Source: Nitrospirota bacterium
GTDB taxonomy: Bacteria > Nitrospirota > UBA9217
Length of the DNA stretch: 64,000 nt
Assembly: GCA_963790205.1 (NCBI GenBank)
Contig: CAWBNQ010000011.1
Location: 32,001-96,000, forward strand
Reading direction: 5' to 3'
The position numbers were made by a program, and so were the translations under genes. The notes below the pieces were generated by a model. The model did not search any database and was not told the DNA's origin. It saw only the letters and a list, made by a program, of their open reading frames with translations. Positions 54,812 to 64,000 of the stretch are shown piece after piece (the first letter of the stretch is position 1; every line of letters starts with the position of its first letter).

Positions 54812-55501
54812 ATGAATAACGAACGAGGCGGAATCATATCAACAATTGTCCTTATCCCGGTCGCGTTGGCCCTGATGGCCGGCTTCTTCTTCCTGGGCTA
54901 TTTTGTGGGAAAATACCAGAGTAAATCCGGCGCGCCGGGCGATGCCATGCCTCCGATGCCGGAGATCATATCAAAAAACCTCCCGAAGCAGGACGAGTTC
55001 ACGTTCTACAAGACCCTGACCGATAAGTATGACAAGACGGTTTCGATAGATCTTAATCCGAAAACCGCCGCCGGAGAAAAGCATGTTGACAAAAAACCGG
55101 CTGCCGGTGAAACGGCCCCGGCGAAGGGCGCGCAACAGCTCCCGAATGATAAAAAAATGGAAGCCCCGGCCGCCCGCGACAAAACAGCCGAGGCCGGGCA
55201 GGGCGCTCCGAAGCGGCAGATTTCCGCCAAAAAGGAAACCATGCCCGCCCGGAAACCGAATGCCCGGCTGCGCTACACGCTTCAAATAGCGGCGTATCAG
55301 GAAAAAGGAATGGCTGAAGACGATATGAAGAAGATGAAGCAGCAGGGATATGCGGCCTTCCTGGTTGCATTCGATTTGCCGGGAAAAGGCACCTGGTACC
55401 GCGTGAGGCTCGGGAGTTTTTCAAGCAAGGCTTCGGCGGAAAAACTGCAAAAAGAGGTCCGCGCGAAAGTAGGCATTTCACCGTTCATAACGATCGAGTG
55501 A
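54812..55501 (+). CDS. SPOR-domain membrane protein (FtsN/DedD-like)
   Basis: N-terminal TM, FTFYKTL, low-complexity linker, YTLQIAA...WYRVRLGSF. Confidence 0.88.
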   Translation: MNNERGGIISTIVLIPVALALMAGFFFLGYFVGKYQSKSGAPGDAMPPMPEIISKNLPKQDEFTFYKTLTDKYDKTVSIDLNPKTAAGEKHVDKKPAAGETAPAKGAQQLPNDKKMEAPAARDKTAEAGQGAPKRQISAKKETMPARKPNARLRYTLQIAAYQEKGMAEDDMKKMKQQGYAAFLVAFDLPGKGTWYRVRLGSFSSKASAEKLQKEVRAKVGISPFITIE

Positions 55502-55588
55502 AAGTCCGGAAGTTGAGAAGATGGGACGATACGAAGATAAGGCTCCGGGTATTCAAACTTCACAGCATCTCATCTACGGCGGTTATCT

Positions 55589-55732
55589 TAACGGGTTGTT
55601 GAAAAACACCGATACGTCATTGCGAGGAGCGCTTTCCGCGACGCGGCAATGACGAACTTATTGATTTGATGAAATGCGGGATTGCTTCGCTGCGCTCGCA
55701 AAGACGGCAAAATATTTTTTCAACAGCCGCTA
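55589..55732. mobile_element. MITE-like element with a nested palindromic repeat
   Basis: Terminal inverted repeats TAACGGGTTGTTGAAAAA / TTTTTCAACAGCCGCTA; internal CGTCATTGCGAG...CTCGCAAAGACG palindrome. Confidence 0.65.
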
Positions 55733-56140
55733 ATGAACGTTCTTATCGGATACCTGCTGCAGGGGAAGGGGGGTAAGGCCGATGCGCTCGCCGTCGACCA
55801 ACGTCTCAAGCCAGTAGGTGCCCGGCGCCGAAAACGTCGTGTTGAACCGGACTGAAATGTCGCGGTGCCGCTGGGTTTCGCTGAAGAGGCTTATTTTCGT
55901 TTCCGACTCGGACAGGACCTCTCCCTTGTTCGGGGAAAGGAGCTTGATCTTGACGGTAAATTCACCTTTGCCGCCGGTCAATTCGTTCACAATGGCGAAG
56001 CGGGGATGTATGGCGGGGAAGGCGTTCGCATGGATGCTCTCGAACAGCCCCATGAGGCTGAACTTGCCGCCGAGTTCCTGCCGTACATCGTCGCAGAGCA
56101 GCGTATAGTTCAACCTCGGTATGATCTTCCTGCTCACCAT
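55730..56140 (-). CDS. Conserved hypothetical protein (DUF6941-like)
   Basis: LLCDDVRQELGGKFSLMGLF...PGTYWL pattern; beta-rich. Confidence 0.7.
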   Translation of the reverse strand: MVSRKIIPRLNYTLLCDDVRQELGGKFSLMGLFESIHANAFPAIHPRFAIVNELTGGKGEFTVKIKLLSPNKGEVLSESETKISLFSETQRHRDISVRFNTTFSAPGTYWLETLVDGERIGLTPLPLQQVSDKNVH

Positions 56141-56186
56141 GCATCAACTTAACACACTCGCTTTGGCCCCGTCAATCTGTTTTTTC

Positions 56187-56215
56187 TTGACAAATTTTTT
56201 CAATCAACGTAATCT
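56187..56215 (+). promoter_or_regulatory. Sigma-70 promoter of pheST
   Basis: TTGACA-17 nt-TAATCT. Confidence 0.65.
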
Positions 56216-56227
56216 TGTCCGCATTGT

Positions 56228-57793
56228 ATGGCTACTTCCGACCTCTTAAAACTGCTCGAAAGCCTTCACCCGCTCGAAAACAAAGTCCTCCTCTGCTTCG
56301 ACCGCGGCGAAAACCTGTCCGCGGCGGATATCCTCAAGTCATCGGGGCTCGACGAATCCCGCCTGGACATGGCCTCGGGCTGGCTCCAGTCCAAGGGTCT
56401 GCTCCGCGTAAAGGACGAGTCCGTCACGTCTTTTGTCTCTCTCACTGAGACCGGCCGGGCTTACCTCGAAAAGGGCACGCCCGAGATGCGAATCATCAAT
56501 TCGCTCAGGAAGGGCAAACAGTTCACGGTCAAGGACGTGATCCAGTCCTGGGGCATGGAGCCGACGGAGGTAAGCTCTGCCGTCGGCGCGCTCAAGGAAA
56601 CCGGCGCGGTCCGCATCGTTCAGGGCGGCATCCTGGAGCTTGTTCCCGGAGCCGACATCTCAGCGTATGAATTTTTGACCGATCTTGTAAAAATCGTTGC
56701 CGGACATGAGCAGGCTGAACTTCCCACATTCTCTGAAGTCCATCAGACCGCTCTCCAGGCAAACTTTCACAAACGCGGCAAAGCAAAAGGCATCTTTCGA
56801 ATCACGGAAAAAAAGAACCGCTTCTTCGGCCTTACGTCCGACGGGCAGGATTTCCTCCGTTTGCTTAAGGAACGGGGCTCGGTCACCGAAGAGGCTTCAG
56901 TGCTCACGCCCGAGATGCTGAAGAACGGTACCTGGAAGAATAAAAAATTCCGCGCCTATAATATATCACTCAACCCTCCTCGCCAGAGCATCGGCAGGAA
57001 GCATCCTTACAAAGAGTTTCTCGATTTCGTGAAATATAAATTCATCGGCATGGGTTTTGAGGAGATGCGCGGTCCGCTCGTGGAGAACGAGTTCTGGGAC
57101 ATGGACGCATTGTTCATGCCGCAGTTCCATCCGGCCCGGAACATCCACGACGTGTACTTCATAAAAGAGCCTGCCTCGTCCGGCAAGATCGAAGAGCCGT
57201 TCGGCAAGCGGGTAGCCGCGGCCCACAAGGACGGCGGCAAGACCGGCTCGACGGGATGGCGCTATCCTTTTGACCTCGAGCGCGCCAAGCGGCTGATCCT
57301 CCGGAGCCAGGGCACGGCCGTATCAGCCCGCACCCTCGCGTCGGGGCCGAAGATACCGGGAAAGTATTTCTCCATCGCGCGCTGTTTCCGCTACGACGCG
57401 GTGGATGCGACGCATGCGCCCGATTTTTACCAGGTCGAGGGTATTGTGATAGGCGAGGAGATCAATTTCAAGACGCTGCTGGGGCTGCTGAAGCTCTTCG
57501 GGCAGGAGGTCGCCAGGGCCGCAGAATTTCAGTTCAGGCCCGCGTACTTCCCCTTTACCGAACCGTCGGTCGAGCTGCACGTAAAGCATCCCGAGCTGGG
57601 ATGGATGGAACTCGGCGGCGCGGGTATTTTCCGGCCCGAGGTCACCATGCCGCTCGGCGTGCACGCGCCGGTCATTGCCTGGGGCCTGGGGCTCGACCGG
57701 ATGGCCATGGTGGCCCTCGGGATACAGGACATCCGCGACCTGTTCTCAAAGGACCTTGATTTTATAAGGACAAAGAAAATACAACTGGGATAA
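56228..57793 (+). CDS. pheS: Phenylalanine-tRNA ligase alpha subunit, archaeal/eukaryotic type
   Basis: 521 aa with long N-terminal extension; DALFMPQFHPARNIHD, FRYDAVDATH, YFPFTEPS, GAGIFRPE, AWGLGLDRMAM. Confidence 0.93.
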   Translation: MATSDLLKLLESLHPLENKVLLCFDRGENLSAADILKSSGLDESRLDMASGWLQSKGLLRVKDESVTSFVSLTETGRAYLEKGTPEMRIINSLRKGKQFTVKDVIQSWGMEPTEVSSAVGALKETGAVRIVQGGILELVPGADISAYEFLTDLVKIVAGHEQAELPTFSEVHQTALQANFHKRGKAKGIFRITEKKNRFFGLTSDGQDFLRLLKERGSVTEEASVLTPEMLKNGTWKNKKFRAYNISLNPPRQSIGRKHPYKEFLDFVKYKFIGMGFEEMRGPLVENEFWDMDALFMPQFHPARNIHDVYFIKEPASSGKIEEPFGKRVAAAHKDGGKTGSTGWRYPFDLERAKRLILRSQGTAVSARTLASGPKIPGKYFSIARCFRYDAVDATHAPDFYQVEGIVIGEEINFKTLLGLLKLFGQEVARAAEFQFRPAYFPFTEPSVELHVKHPELGWMELGGAGIFRPEVTMPLGVHAPVIAWGLGLDRMAMVALGIQDIRDLFSKDLDFIRTKKIQLG

Positions 57794-57800
57794 TAAAAAA

Positions 57801-57866
57801 AGGGGACAGGGTCCGGGGTACAGAAAATGTGAAACCTGAACCCTGACGACCGACCCCTGAACCCTG
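57801..57866. repeat. Heptamer inverted-arm element (CAGGGTC family)
   Basis: AGGGGAC AGGGTCC GGGGTAC ... CCTGAAC CCTGACG ACCGACC CCTGAAC CCTGA. Confidence 0.7.
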
Positions 57867-57875
57867 ATTTTAACC

Positions 57876-59574
57876 ATGCCAACAATAGATATTAAAAAAA
57901 GCGACCTTGATATCCTCATCGGCAAAAAGCTTTCCCTTGCCGCGCTCGAGAAGCACCTGATGCTCGCCAAGGCCGAACTCAAGGAGCATAACGCCGGGAC
58001 CGGCGGCCTCAAGGTGGAGCTTTCGGACAGCAACCGGCCCGATCTCTGGTCGTCCGAAGGCATCGCGCGCCAGATCCGGACAGCCCTCTCCGGCAAGCCC
58101 GAAGAGCTGCATTTTTTCAAACATGGCAGGAAGGCAACGCGGGAGATCAGGGTCTCGAAGGACATGAAGTCCGTGCGGCCCTATATCGCGGCCTGCACGG
58201 CAAACGACGTGCGCATGAATGACGACGTTCTGGCGCAGATGATCCAGAGCCAGGACAAGCTCTCGGAGATCTTCGGCAGGACAGAGGAGCACCGTCTCGA
58301 TCGGCATCTACGAACTCAACCGGATCGTATTCCCCGTGGACTACCGGCTGGCGGAACCCTCGTCAATGTCGTTCACACCGCTCGGCATGGAGGAAAAGCT
58401 TACCCTTGCGGAGATCCTCGAACGCCATCCGAAGGGCATCGCCTACGGCAACATCGTCAAACCGTACTCAAGATATCCGGTCCTCACCGACGGCATGGGC
58501 CGCGTGCTTTCGTTCCCCCCGATCATCAACAGCAGAGAGCTCGGCGAAGTGAAAACGCAGACAAGGACCGTGCTCATCGAAGTGACGGGCACGGACCTTC
58601 GCATGACGGTGCTTACGCTCAACATCCTTGCAACGAATTTTTACGACCGCGGCGCGGACATCGAGCCCGTGCTCGTTACGTACCCCTACGATACCGAACT
58701 CGGCAAACGGATCGCGTTCCCCTATGACACCTCGGGCAAGTTTACTGTTCCGCTTAGGAAGTTTTCCGAAGGCCTGGGCGAGGAGGTGTCGCTCGCGGAC
58801 GTGAAAAAGCATCTTGGTTCCTATGGCCACACCGTGAGCGCGCGCGGCACCAGGGTCTCGGTCATCGTACCTCCGTACCGCGACGATATCATGCATCCCA
58901 TGGATCTCGTGGAGGACTATGCCATCAGCAGGGGTTATGACTCCTTTGAGCCGGTGATGCCGCGGCAGTCGACGGTGGGGTCGCTTTCCTCGCTCGAGCT
59001 CCTGTCCGATACGGTGCGGGGGTGTCTGGTCGGATCCGGGTTCCAGGAGGTCATGTCCAATATCCTCTGCTCACGCGAAGAACTCGATTACGCAAAGCCT
59101 GCGGGCGAGAAGCTGGTCGAGGTGGACAACGTGATGTCGCTTGCTTACTCGGTGCTCAGGAACCGCGTAATCCCGTCGCTTCTGAACGTGGAGACGGCCA
59201 GTTCCAAAGCCTTCTACCCCCATCGTATATTCGAGGTAGGAGAGGTGGCCGTGTTCGACGAGGCGCAGAACATGGGCTCGCGCACGGACCTGGATCTCGG
59301 CGCGCTCATCTCCCATCCTGCCGCCAACTTTTCCGAGATGCATTCGTGCCTCGACGTCCTGCTCTATTACCTGGGGCTGGATTACAAACTGGAGCCTGCC
59401 GAACATCCTCTGTTCATTCCGGGCAGGTGCGGCAAGGTCGTGACCGGCGGCGTAGAACTCGGGTTCATCGGCGAGGTGCGGCCCGAGGCGCTCGAAATCA
59501 AGCAGATCACCATGCCCTGCGCCGCTTTCGAGATCAATCTGGATACAATATCGGTCCTTTCGAAAAAGGGGTAA
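57876..59574 (+). CDS. pheT: Phenylalanine-tRNA ligase beta subunit, archaeal type, with a +1 frameshift at about 58281
   Basis: MPTI, NRPDLWSSEGIAR, RPYIA in frame 1; SIGIY, SFPPIINS, PPYRDDIMHPMDLVED, RIFEVG in frame 2. Removing one base gives 565 aa. Confidence 0.9.
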
Positions 59575-59583
59575 CGGAGACCG

Positions 59584-60495
59584 TCACTTATTCGGACCTT
59601 CCTGCGGAGCGCTGCTTTCGATTTCCCTGGGGACCAGGGATATCTCGATCCTTCTGTTTTTTGCCCTTCCTTCTTCCGTATCATTCGACGCAACGGGGCG
59701 GAATTCCGAATAACCGCACGCGCTCAGGAGTTTCGGGTCTATTCCTTTGTCCTGAAGGTATCGGGCGACGGTGGTTGCCCGGGCCGTCGAGAGCTCCCAG
59801 TTGGTCGGGAATTTAACGGCCAGCCGCGGACTAATCGGGACGTTGTCCGTATGGCCTTCGACCCGTACCTGCTTGTCGGTCACTTGTTTCAGGATCTCGG
59901 CAACGCGGTCCAGCACTTTTTTGCCGTTTTTCTTGATTTCCGCGCTCCCGGAATCAAAAAGGATCTGCTCCACCATGTTCACGGTCAGCTTGTCCTTGAG
60001 CTGCGTGATCGTGATTTCTCCTTTCTTGATCTCTTCGTTCATCTCTCCGACGAGGCTGTTGTAGGTCTTTTTCATTTCAGCGATGGATTTTTCCTTTTCC
60101 TGGAGGGCCAGTTCCTTTTCCTGTTTGAGCGCGGCGATCTCGGCGTCCTTTGCGCTCAAGGCCATTTCTTTTTCAGCGATCTGCTCCCTCATCGCGGCGA
60201 TCTGTGCGCCCAGCTCTCCCTTCTTTGCTTTCAGGAGGCTGTCAAGGTTCGTGTTGTCATCGGAAAGGACCTTGTTCCTGGCCTGGAGGTCCGTATGCTC
60301 TTTCTGCAACTGGCTTAGTTGGGCCTGCAGGGCCGTTTTGTCCGCTTCGGATTTTTTGAGCTGGCCGTCAAGCGTCGATACATTTGTTCTCAGGTTGTCG
60401 ATGTCGGCGAGCCGCGCGGTGTAGTCTGATTTCCACACACAGCCGGTCAGCGCAAGGACGAGTAACAGCAGGCTTCCTGTTTTCAGTTTCTGCAT
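59584..60495 (-). CDS. OmpA/MotB-family lipoprotein with coiled coil
   Basis: Lipobox LTGC; ILFDSGSA, VEGHTDNVPI, NWELSTARA, NRRIEI; GGAGG RBS before ATG 60495. Confidence 0.9.
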   Translation of the reverse strand: MQKLKTGSLLLLVLALTGCVWKSDYTARLADIDNLRTNVSTLDGQLKKSEADKTALQAQLSQLQKEHTDLQARNKVLSDDNTNLDSLLKAKKGELGAQIAAMREQIAEKEMALSAKDAEIAALKQEKELALQEKEKSIAEMKKTYNSLVGEMNEEIKKGEITITQLKDKLTVNMVEQILFDSGSAEIKKNGKKVLDRVAEILKQVTDKQVRVEGHTDNVPISPRLAVKFPTNWELSTARATTVARYLQDKGIDPKLLSACGYSEFRPVASNDTEEGRAKNRRIEISLVPREIESSAPQEGPNK

Positions 60496-60542
60496 GGCGG
60501 CATTCCTCCCGAAGCGAGATGAAATTGTCGTACTGCGAGGGC

Positions 60543-61331
60543 TCATTCCTTTATCGTTATCCTGTTCGGCCAGGTATAGATGTTCATCCGGTCGCCGCGC
60601 GCGAACCCGATGAGCGTGATGCCCATGTCTTCGGCATAGCTGATGGCCATGCAGGAGGGTGCGGCTCGGCTGATCAAGACAGGGAAGCGGTTCCTGCCCG
60701 CCTTGGTCACGATCTCCGAAGTGACCCTGCCGCTCGTCAGCAAGATCTTGTTCTCGACGGGGATGGATTGCAGGAACGCCTTTCCGATCAGCTTGTCCAC
60801 GGCATTGTGCCTGCCGATATCCTCGGAGAAGAACAGGATGTCCTTGCCGTCCGAGAGCGCAGCGCTGTGAACGCCGCCCGTTTCGAGGTAGAGCGAAGAG
60901 ATGCTCCGGAATGTTTTGAGCAGGTTTCGTATGTCGTCGAGACTCATGATCTGACCGGCTGGTTCTATCCTTTTGTCGGCATACAAAGGGTAGTTCGTGA
61001 AGGTGATGCCTTTGCCGCAACCCGAGGAGATCGTCCGCTTCTCGAACATGCTGGAATAATCAGCCGGGAGATCTGAAAGCTCTATCCGCACGGCGGCCTC
61101 GCCCTCATCGACCTCAAGTTTTTTGATCGATGCTTTGTCGTGGAGCAGACCTTCGGAGAGGAGAAAACCCACGGCTAGTTCTTGGAGGTCTGACGGGGTG
61201 CAAAGGAGCGTCACCAGCGCTTCGTCGTTCAGCACCAGCCTGACGGGGAGCTCGGACGCCACCTCGTCGATAGCTTCTTCAACGCTGCTGTCCGAGACCT
61301 TCAGTATCAATGCCTCACGCTTGGTGTCCAC
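60543..61331 (-). CDS. fdhD: Formate dehydrogenase accessory sulfurtransferase
   Basis: LAVGFLLSEG, SSGCG, TGGVHSA, EDIGRHNAVDK, SGRVTSE. Confidence 0.95.
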   Translation of the reverse strand: MDTKREALILKVSDSSVEEAIDEVASELPVRLVLNDEALVTLLCTPSDLQELAVGFLLSEGLLHDKASIKKLEVDEGEAAVRIELSDLPADYSSMFEKRTISSGCGKGITFTNYPLYADKRIEPAGQIMSLDDIRNLLKTFRSISSLYLETGGVHSAALSDGKDILFFSEDIGRHNAVDKLIGKAFLQSIPVENKILLTSGRVTSEIVTKAGRNRFPVLISRAAPSCMAISYAEDMGITLIGFARGDRMNIYTWPNRITIKE

Positions 61332-61385
61332 GAAATGAATATAGCATGGCGCGATGATGATGTAAAGCGGTTGACGGAACGGCTC

Positions 61386-61420
61386 AAAAGAAAAGCCTTC
61401 GGTTGATCCGCCGAAGGCTT
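61386..61420 (-). terminator. Intrinsic terminator
   Basis: AAGCCTTCGG-loop-CCGAAGGCTT followed by TTCTTTT on the minus strand. Confidence 0.75.
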
Positions 61421-61444
61421 GTGGGCGTCGCGCTGTATTGCGTC

Positions 61445-62206
61445 TTAAAAATTTATGTTTAATCTGGCGGAATATTCTTTTATGTTCGAGAAGTCGCCTT
61501 CGAGGACGAGGTTGATGAACGGAAACACCTTGACTTTGGCGCCGACAAAAGCCTTGGATTTTCTGATATCCTCCTGCTGCAGCACGGTGACCCCGCCCAG
61601 CTTGTTGTGCGGGTCGCTCGTGATCCAGACCTCGCCGACACCGGCATAGGGGGTGAAGATCAGGATGCCCTTGCTGATGGACAGGTCAACAGATTTCGTG
61701 GACAGGTCGAGCGCATCAAGGCCGGACAGCTTGGTGTAGGCCCCGCGGATCGCAACGGCGGGCATGACGAGTCCGCCGCTCAGGATCGCATACTTGACTT
61801 CATACCCGACCAGTTTGATGTCGCTGCCCGGCACTTTCGCGTAGCTTACCCCGAAATCGATGGGGATGACCGGAAGCCCGACCTGCACATGCACCCGGGG
61901 TATCACGAGCGCGTTCGGGAGATTACCGGCGCCGCTTGCGGTAATGATGTCGTTCATTTTTTGATAGTACAGCCTGCTCTTGTCTATCTTTACGTAGGAC
62001 GCTTCCACGCCGGCATCGAGCCCCGGCAGCTTGTCTCCCAGCGGAGCGGCGGGCGAGAGAGGTATATAGCTCATGGCCATGCCGAAATCCTTGCTGAATG
62101 ACCTGAAATCATCCTGGTTCAATTTGTCAAGATTGATGTTTGTCGCGGCCATTGCGGGAACCGTTATGACGAGCACGAATAATACTGCAAGGAAATATTT
62201 TTTCAT
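61445..62206 (-). CDS. Exported, probable outer-membrane beta-barrel protein
   Basis: Signal peptide ending AMA, amphipathic beta strands, PYAGVG, terminal Phe. Confidence 0.7.
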   Translation of the reverse strand: MKKYFLAVLFVLVITVPAMAATNINLDKLNQDDFRSFSKDFGMAMSYIPLSPAAPLGDKLPGLDAGVEASYVKIDKSRLYYQKMNDIITASGAGNLPNALVIPRVHVQVGLPVIPIDFGVSYAKVPGSDIKLVGYEVKYAILSGGLVMPAVAIRGAYTKLSGLDALDLSTKSVDLSISKGILIFTPYAGVGEVWITSDPHNKLGGVTVLQQEDIRKSKAFVGAKVKVFPFINLVLEGDFSNIKEYSARLNINF

Positions 62207-62375
62207 GGAACTCCTCCCTGGTTACGACCTTATTTGCGGGATACCCGGAGATGCTGAGGCCTTCGTTCCCGGACCGTTCAAAGGTATCAAAGGCGGTCTT
62301 GTTTGTCAAGAACTTATGGGGAGAATGCCGCTTATTTTTGTTCCTGTAAATCGGGCTTGACAGGACGGCGCGAGT

Positions 62376-62402
62376 GTGTTACTAAAATATAAAAAGTAAC
62401 AC
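62376..62402. promoter_or_regulatory. NikR operator overlapping the nikR promoter
   Basis: Perfect GTGTTAC-N13-GTAACAC; TTGACA at 62357. Confidence 0.8.
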
Positions 62403-62413
62403 GGAGGTCCGCC

Positions 62414-62833
62414 TTGGCCCGCTTGGCCCGCTTCGGAGTATCGATTGACAGCCAGTTGATCAGAAAATTTGATGACCTCATCGCGCGAAAGGGATATGCC
62501 ACGCGATCGGAGGCGATCCGGGACATGATCCGTGATGCGCTCGTTGAACGGGAATGGGAATCAGGCGGGCATGAGACGGTGGGCACGATCACGATCGTAT
62601 ACAACCACCATACGCGCGAACTTGAGCATGCGCTTACGGACATGCAGCATAAGTCGTTCCACCAGATCATCTCGACGCTCCACGTGCACCTCGACGCTCA
62701 CAATTGTCTTGAGGTACTCGTGGTAAAAGGCAGCAGCCGGGAGATCAAGAATATCGCGGACAGGCTTATCGGTACGCGCGGGGTCAAGCATGGGAAGCTT
62801 ACGATGACGACAACGGGTAAAGAGCTGGTATAA
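62414..62833 (+). CDS. nikR: Nickel-responsive regulator
   Basis: [39 protein letters not shown] start. Confidence 0.96.
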   Translation: MARLARFGVSIDSQLIRKFDDLIARKGYATRSEAIRDMIRDALVEREWESGGHETVGTITIVYNHHTRELEHALTDMQHKSFHQIISTLHVHLDAHNCLEVLVVKGSSREIKNIADRLIGTRGVKHGKLTMTTTGKELV

Positions 62834-62982
62834 ACTGGACCTGCCTGCGACGCCGTTCATACTATACTGCGAAGGGGAAGATTCACGAGCGTTGAACAAG
62901 CCGACAGACTGGTTGTTTCTTTCCGGCATGACGTATCGATTTAAAATAGATCCCGGAAAAAGGGCAGGAGAGGTTCTCAATA

Positions 62983-63651
62983 ATGCACATTCCCGACGGC
63001 TATCTGGGCCCCGCGACCTACGGCGCCATGTTCGGCGCAACGGTTCCGTTTTGGGCCTTTGCATCATGGAAGCTGAACAAGACGCTCAAGGCCCGTCAGG
63101 CGCCGTATCTTGCGCTCGGCGCGGCCTTCAGCTTCGTCCTCATGATGTTCAACATTCCCGTGCTTGGCGGCACCACGGGCCATGCGACGGGCACCACGCT
63201 GATCGCCATCCTGCTTGGCCCCTGGGCCGCCATTATCTCCGTGTCGGTTGCGCTCGTCATTCAGGCGCTCCTCTTCGGAGACGGCGGAATCACGGCAATC
63301 GGAGCAAACTGTTTTACCATGGCTATTGTCGGCGGCTTGACAGGCTATGGAATATATCGTCTTATCGCCGCAGGATCGGATAGGAAAAGCAGAAGGCGGC
63401 TTGTTGCGGGAGCAATCGCCGCCTATGTGAGCTTGAATGTCTCCGCTCTTCTCACAGCCGTTCTGCTCGGCATTCAGCCGCTGATCGAAATCTCTTCGTC
63501 GGGGCAGCCGCTCTACGCGCCCTATCCTCTCGCGGTGACCATACCCGCGATGGTTTCCGGGCATGCGCTGCTGTTCGGTTTTGTCGAGGCTGCGGTTACA
63601 GCGCTGGTGTTGAAGTACTTTCAGAGGAACGAACCCGCGATGCTTGCATGA
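62983..63651 (+). CDS. cbiM: ECF Ni/Co transporter substrate component NikM/CbiM
   Basis: MHIPDGYL N-terminus, GGTTGHA, QALLFGDGGITAIGAN. Confidence 0.93.
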   Translation: MHIPDGYLGPATYGAMFGATVPFWAFASWKLNKTLKARQAPYLALGAAFSFVLMMFNIPVLGGTTGHATGTTLIAILLGPWAAIISVSVALVIQALLFGDGGITAIGANCFTMAIVGGLTGYGIYRLIAAGSDRKSRRRLVAGAIAAYVSLNVSALLTAVLLGIQPLIEISSSGQPLYAPYPLAVTIPAMVSGHALLFGFVEAAVTALVLKYFQRNEPAMLA

Positions 63652-63691
63652 GAGTGCGGATAAACGCTGTTGATGTTGTGACTTTGAGGAT

Positions 63692-64000
63692 ATGACTACA
63701 ACGAAAAAACTCTGGATAGGCATCGGGATCCTGGCGCTCCTGTCTCCGCTGGGACTGATCATACCGTCATTGTTCGGCGCCGGAGGGGCCTGGGGTGAAT
63801 GGGGCGCAGAGGAATTTAACAAGCTGATCGGTTACGTTCCGGAAGGTATGCAAAAGCTCTCACGCCTGTGGAAATCTCCCCTGAAAGACTATACGGTGCC
63901 GGGCCAGGCGCAGGGATTGGCCCGCAGGGGCCTGGGCTATGTACTTACCGCCTTTATCGGCGTCGCGATCACTGCTGGATTGGCATATCTTATTGCGAAT
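63692..64000 (+). CDS. NikN-like PDGLE-domain membrane protein, 3'-truncated
   Basis: Translated by hand: MTTTKKLWIGIGILALLSPLGLIIPSLFGAGGAWGEWG...PLKDY...; GAGGA RBS. Confidence 0.8.
   Translation, partial: MTTTKKLWIGIGILALLSPLGLIIPSLFGAGGAWGEWGAEEFNKLIGYVPEGMQKLSRLWKSPLKDYTVPGQAQGLARRGLGYVLTAFIGVAITAGLAYLIAN

Noticed and set aside
60496..61020. 478-aa OmpA/MotB fusion
   Set aside because: The extension overlaps fdhD out of frame; RBS and lipoprotein signal support the start at 60495
62834..62982. Cobalamin riboswitch before cbiM
   Set aside because: Only a GACCTGCC fragment is present; no GGGAA/GCCACTG core. The NikR operator explains regulation better.

Overview
GC-rich bacterial chromosomal window. 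Gene content suggests an anaerobic diderm such as Nitrospirota or Desulfobacterota (inference only). It has five parts. (1) 1-21.2 kb: the 3' part of a large type II FAS/PKS lipid cluster resembling aryl-polyene and 'ladderane-island' loci. It encodes a KS, two CLF-like proteins, two ACPs, an LpxL-type acyltransferase, two glycosyltransferases, a free-standing condensation-like protein and an AMP-ligase. It also has six radical SAM enzymes: four B12-binding, one HemN-like, and one fused to an alpha/beta-hydrolase. (2) 21.3-34.9 kb: a PyrR-attenuated pyrimidine operon (pyrR-pyrB-pyrC-carA-carB-greA-pyrK-pyrD) with inserted accessory genes and a CxxCH histidine kinase. (3) xerD and a DHH-CBS tRNA nucleotidyltransferase. 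(4) A complete type I-C CRISPR-Cas locus with 51 identical 37-bp repeats, and an unannotated relic of an older cas3 5' end directly in front of cas3. (5) Housekeeping genes: Na/Pi transporter, queA, archaeal-type pheS/pheT (pheT with a 1-nt frameshift), OmpA/MotB, fdhD, and nikR-nikMN with a perfect NikR palindrome. The most striking unexplained structure is a dispersed family of more than 15 elements built from degenerate 7-, 8- or 9-nt tandem units, usually as inverted arms. They occupy many gene junctions, enclose a four-helix-bundle gene, bracket accessory genes in the pyr operon, and one lies in frame inside carB.
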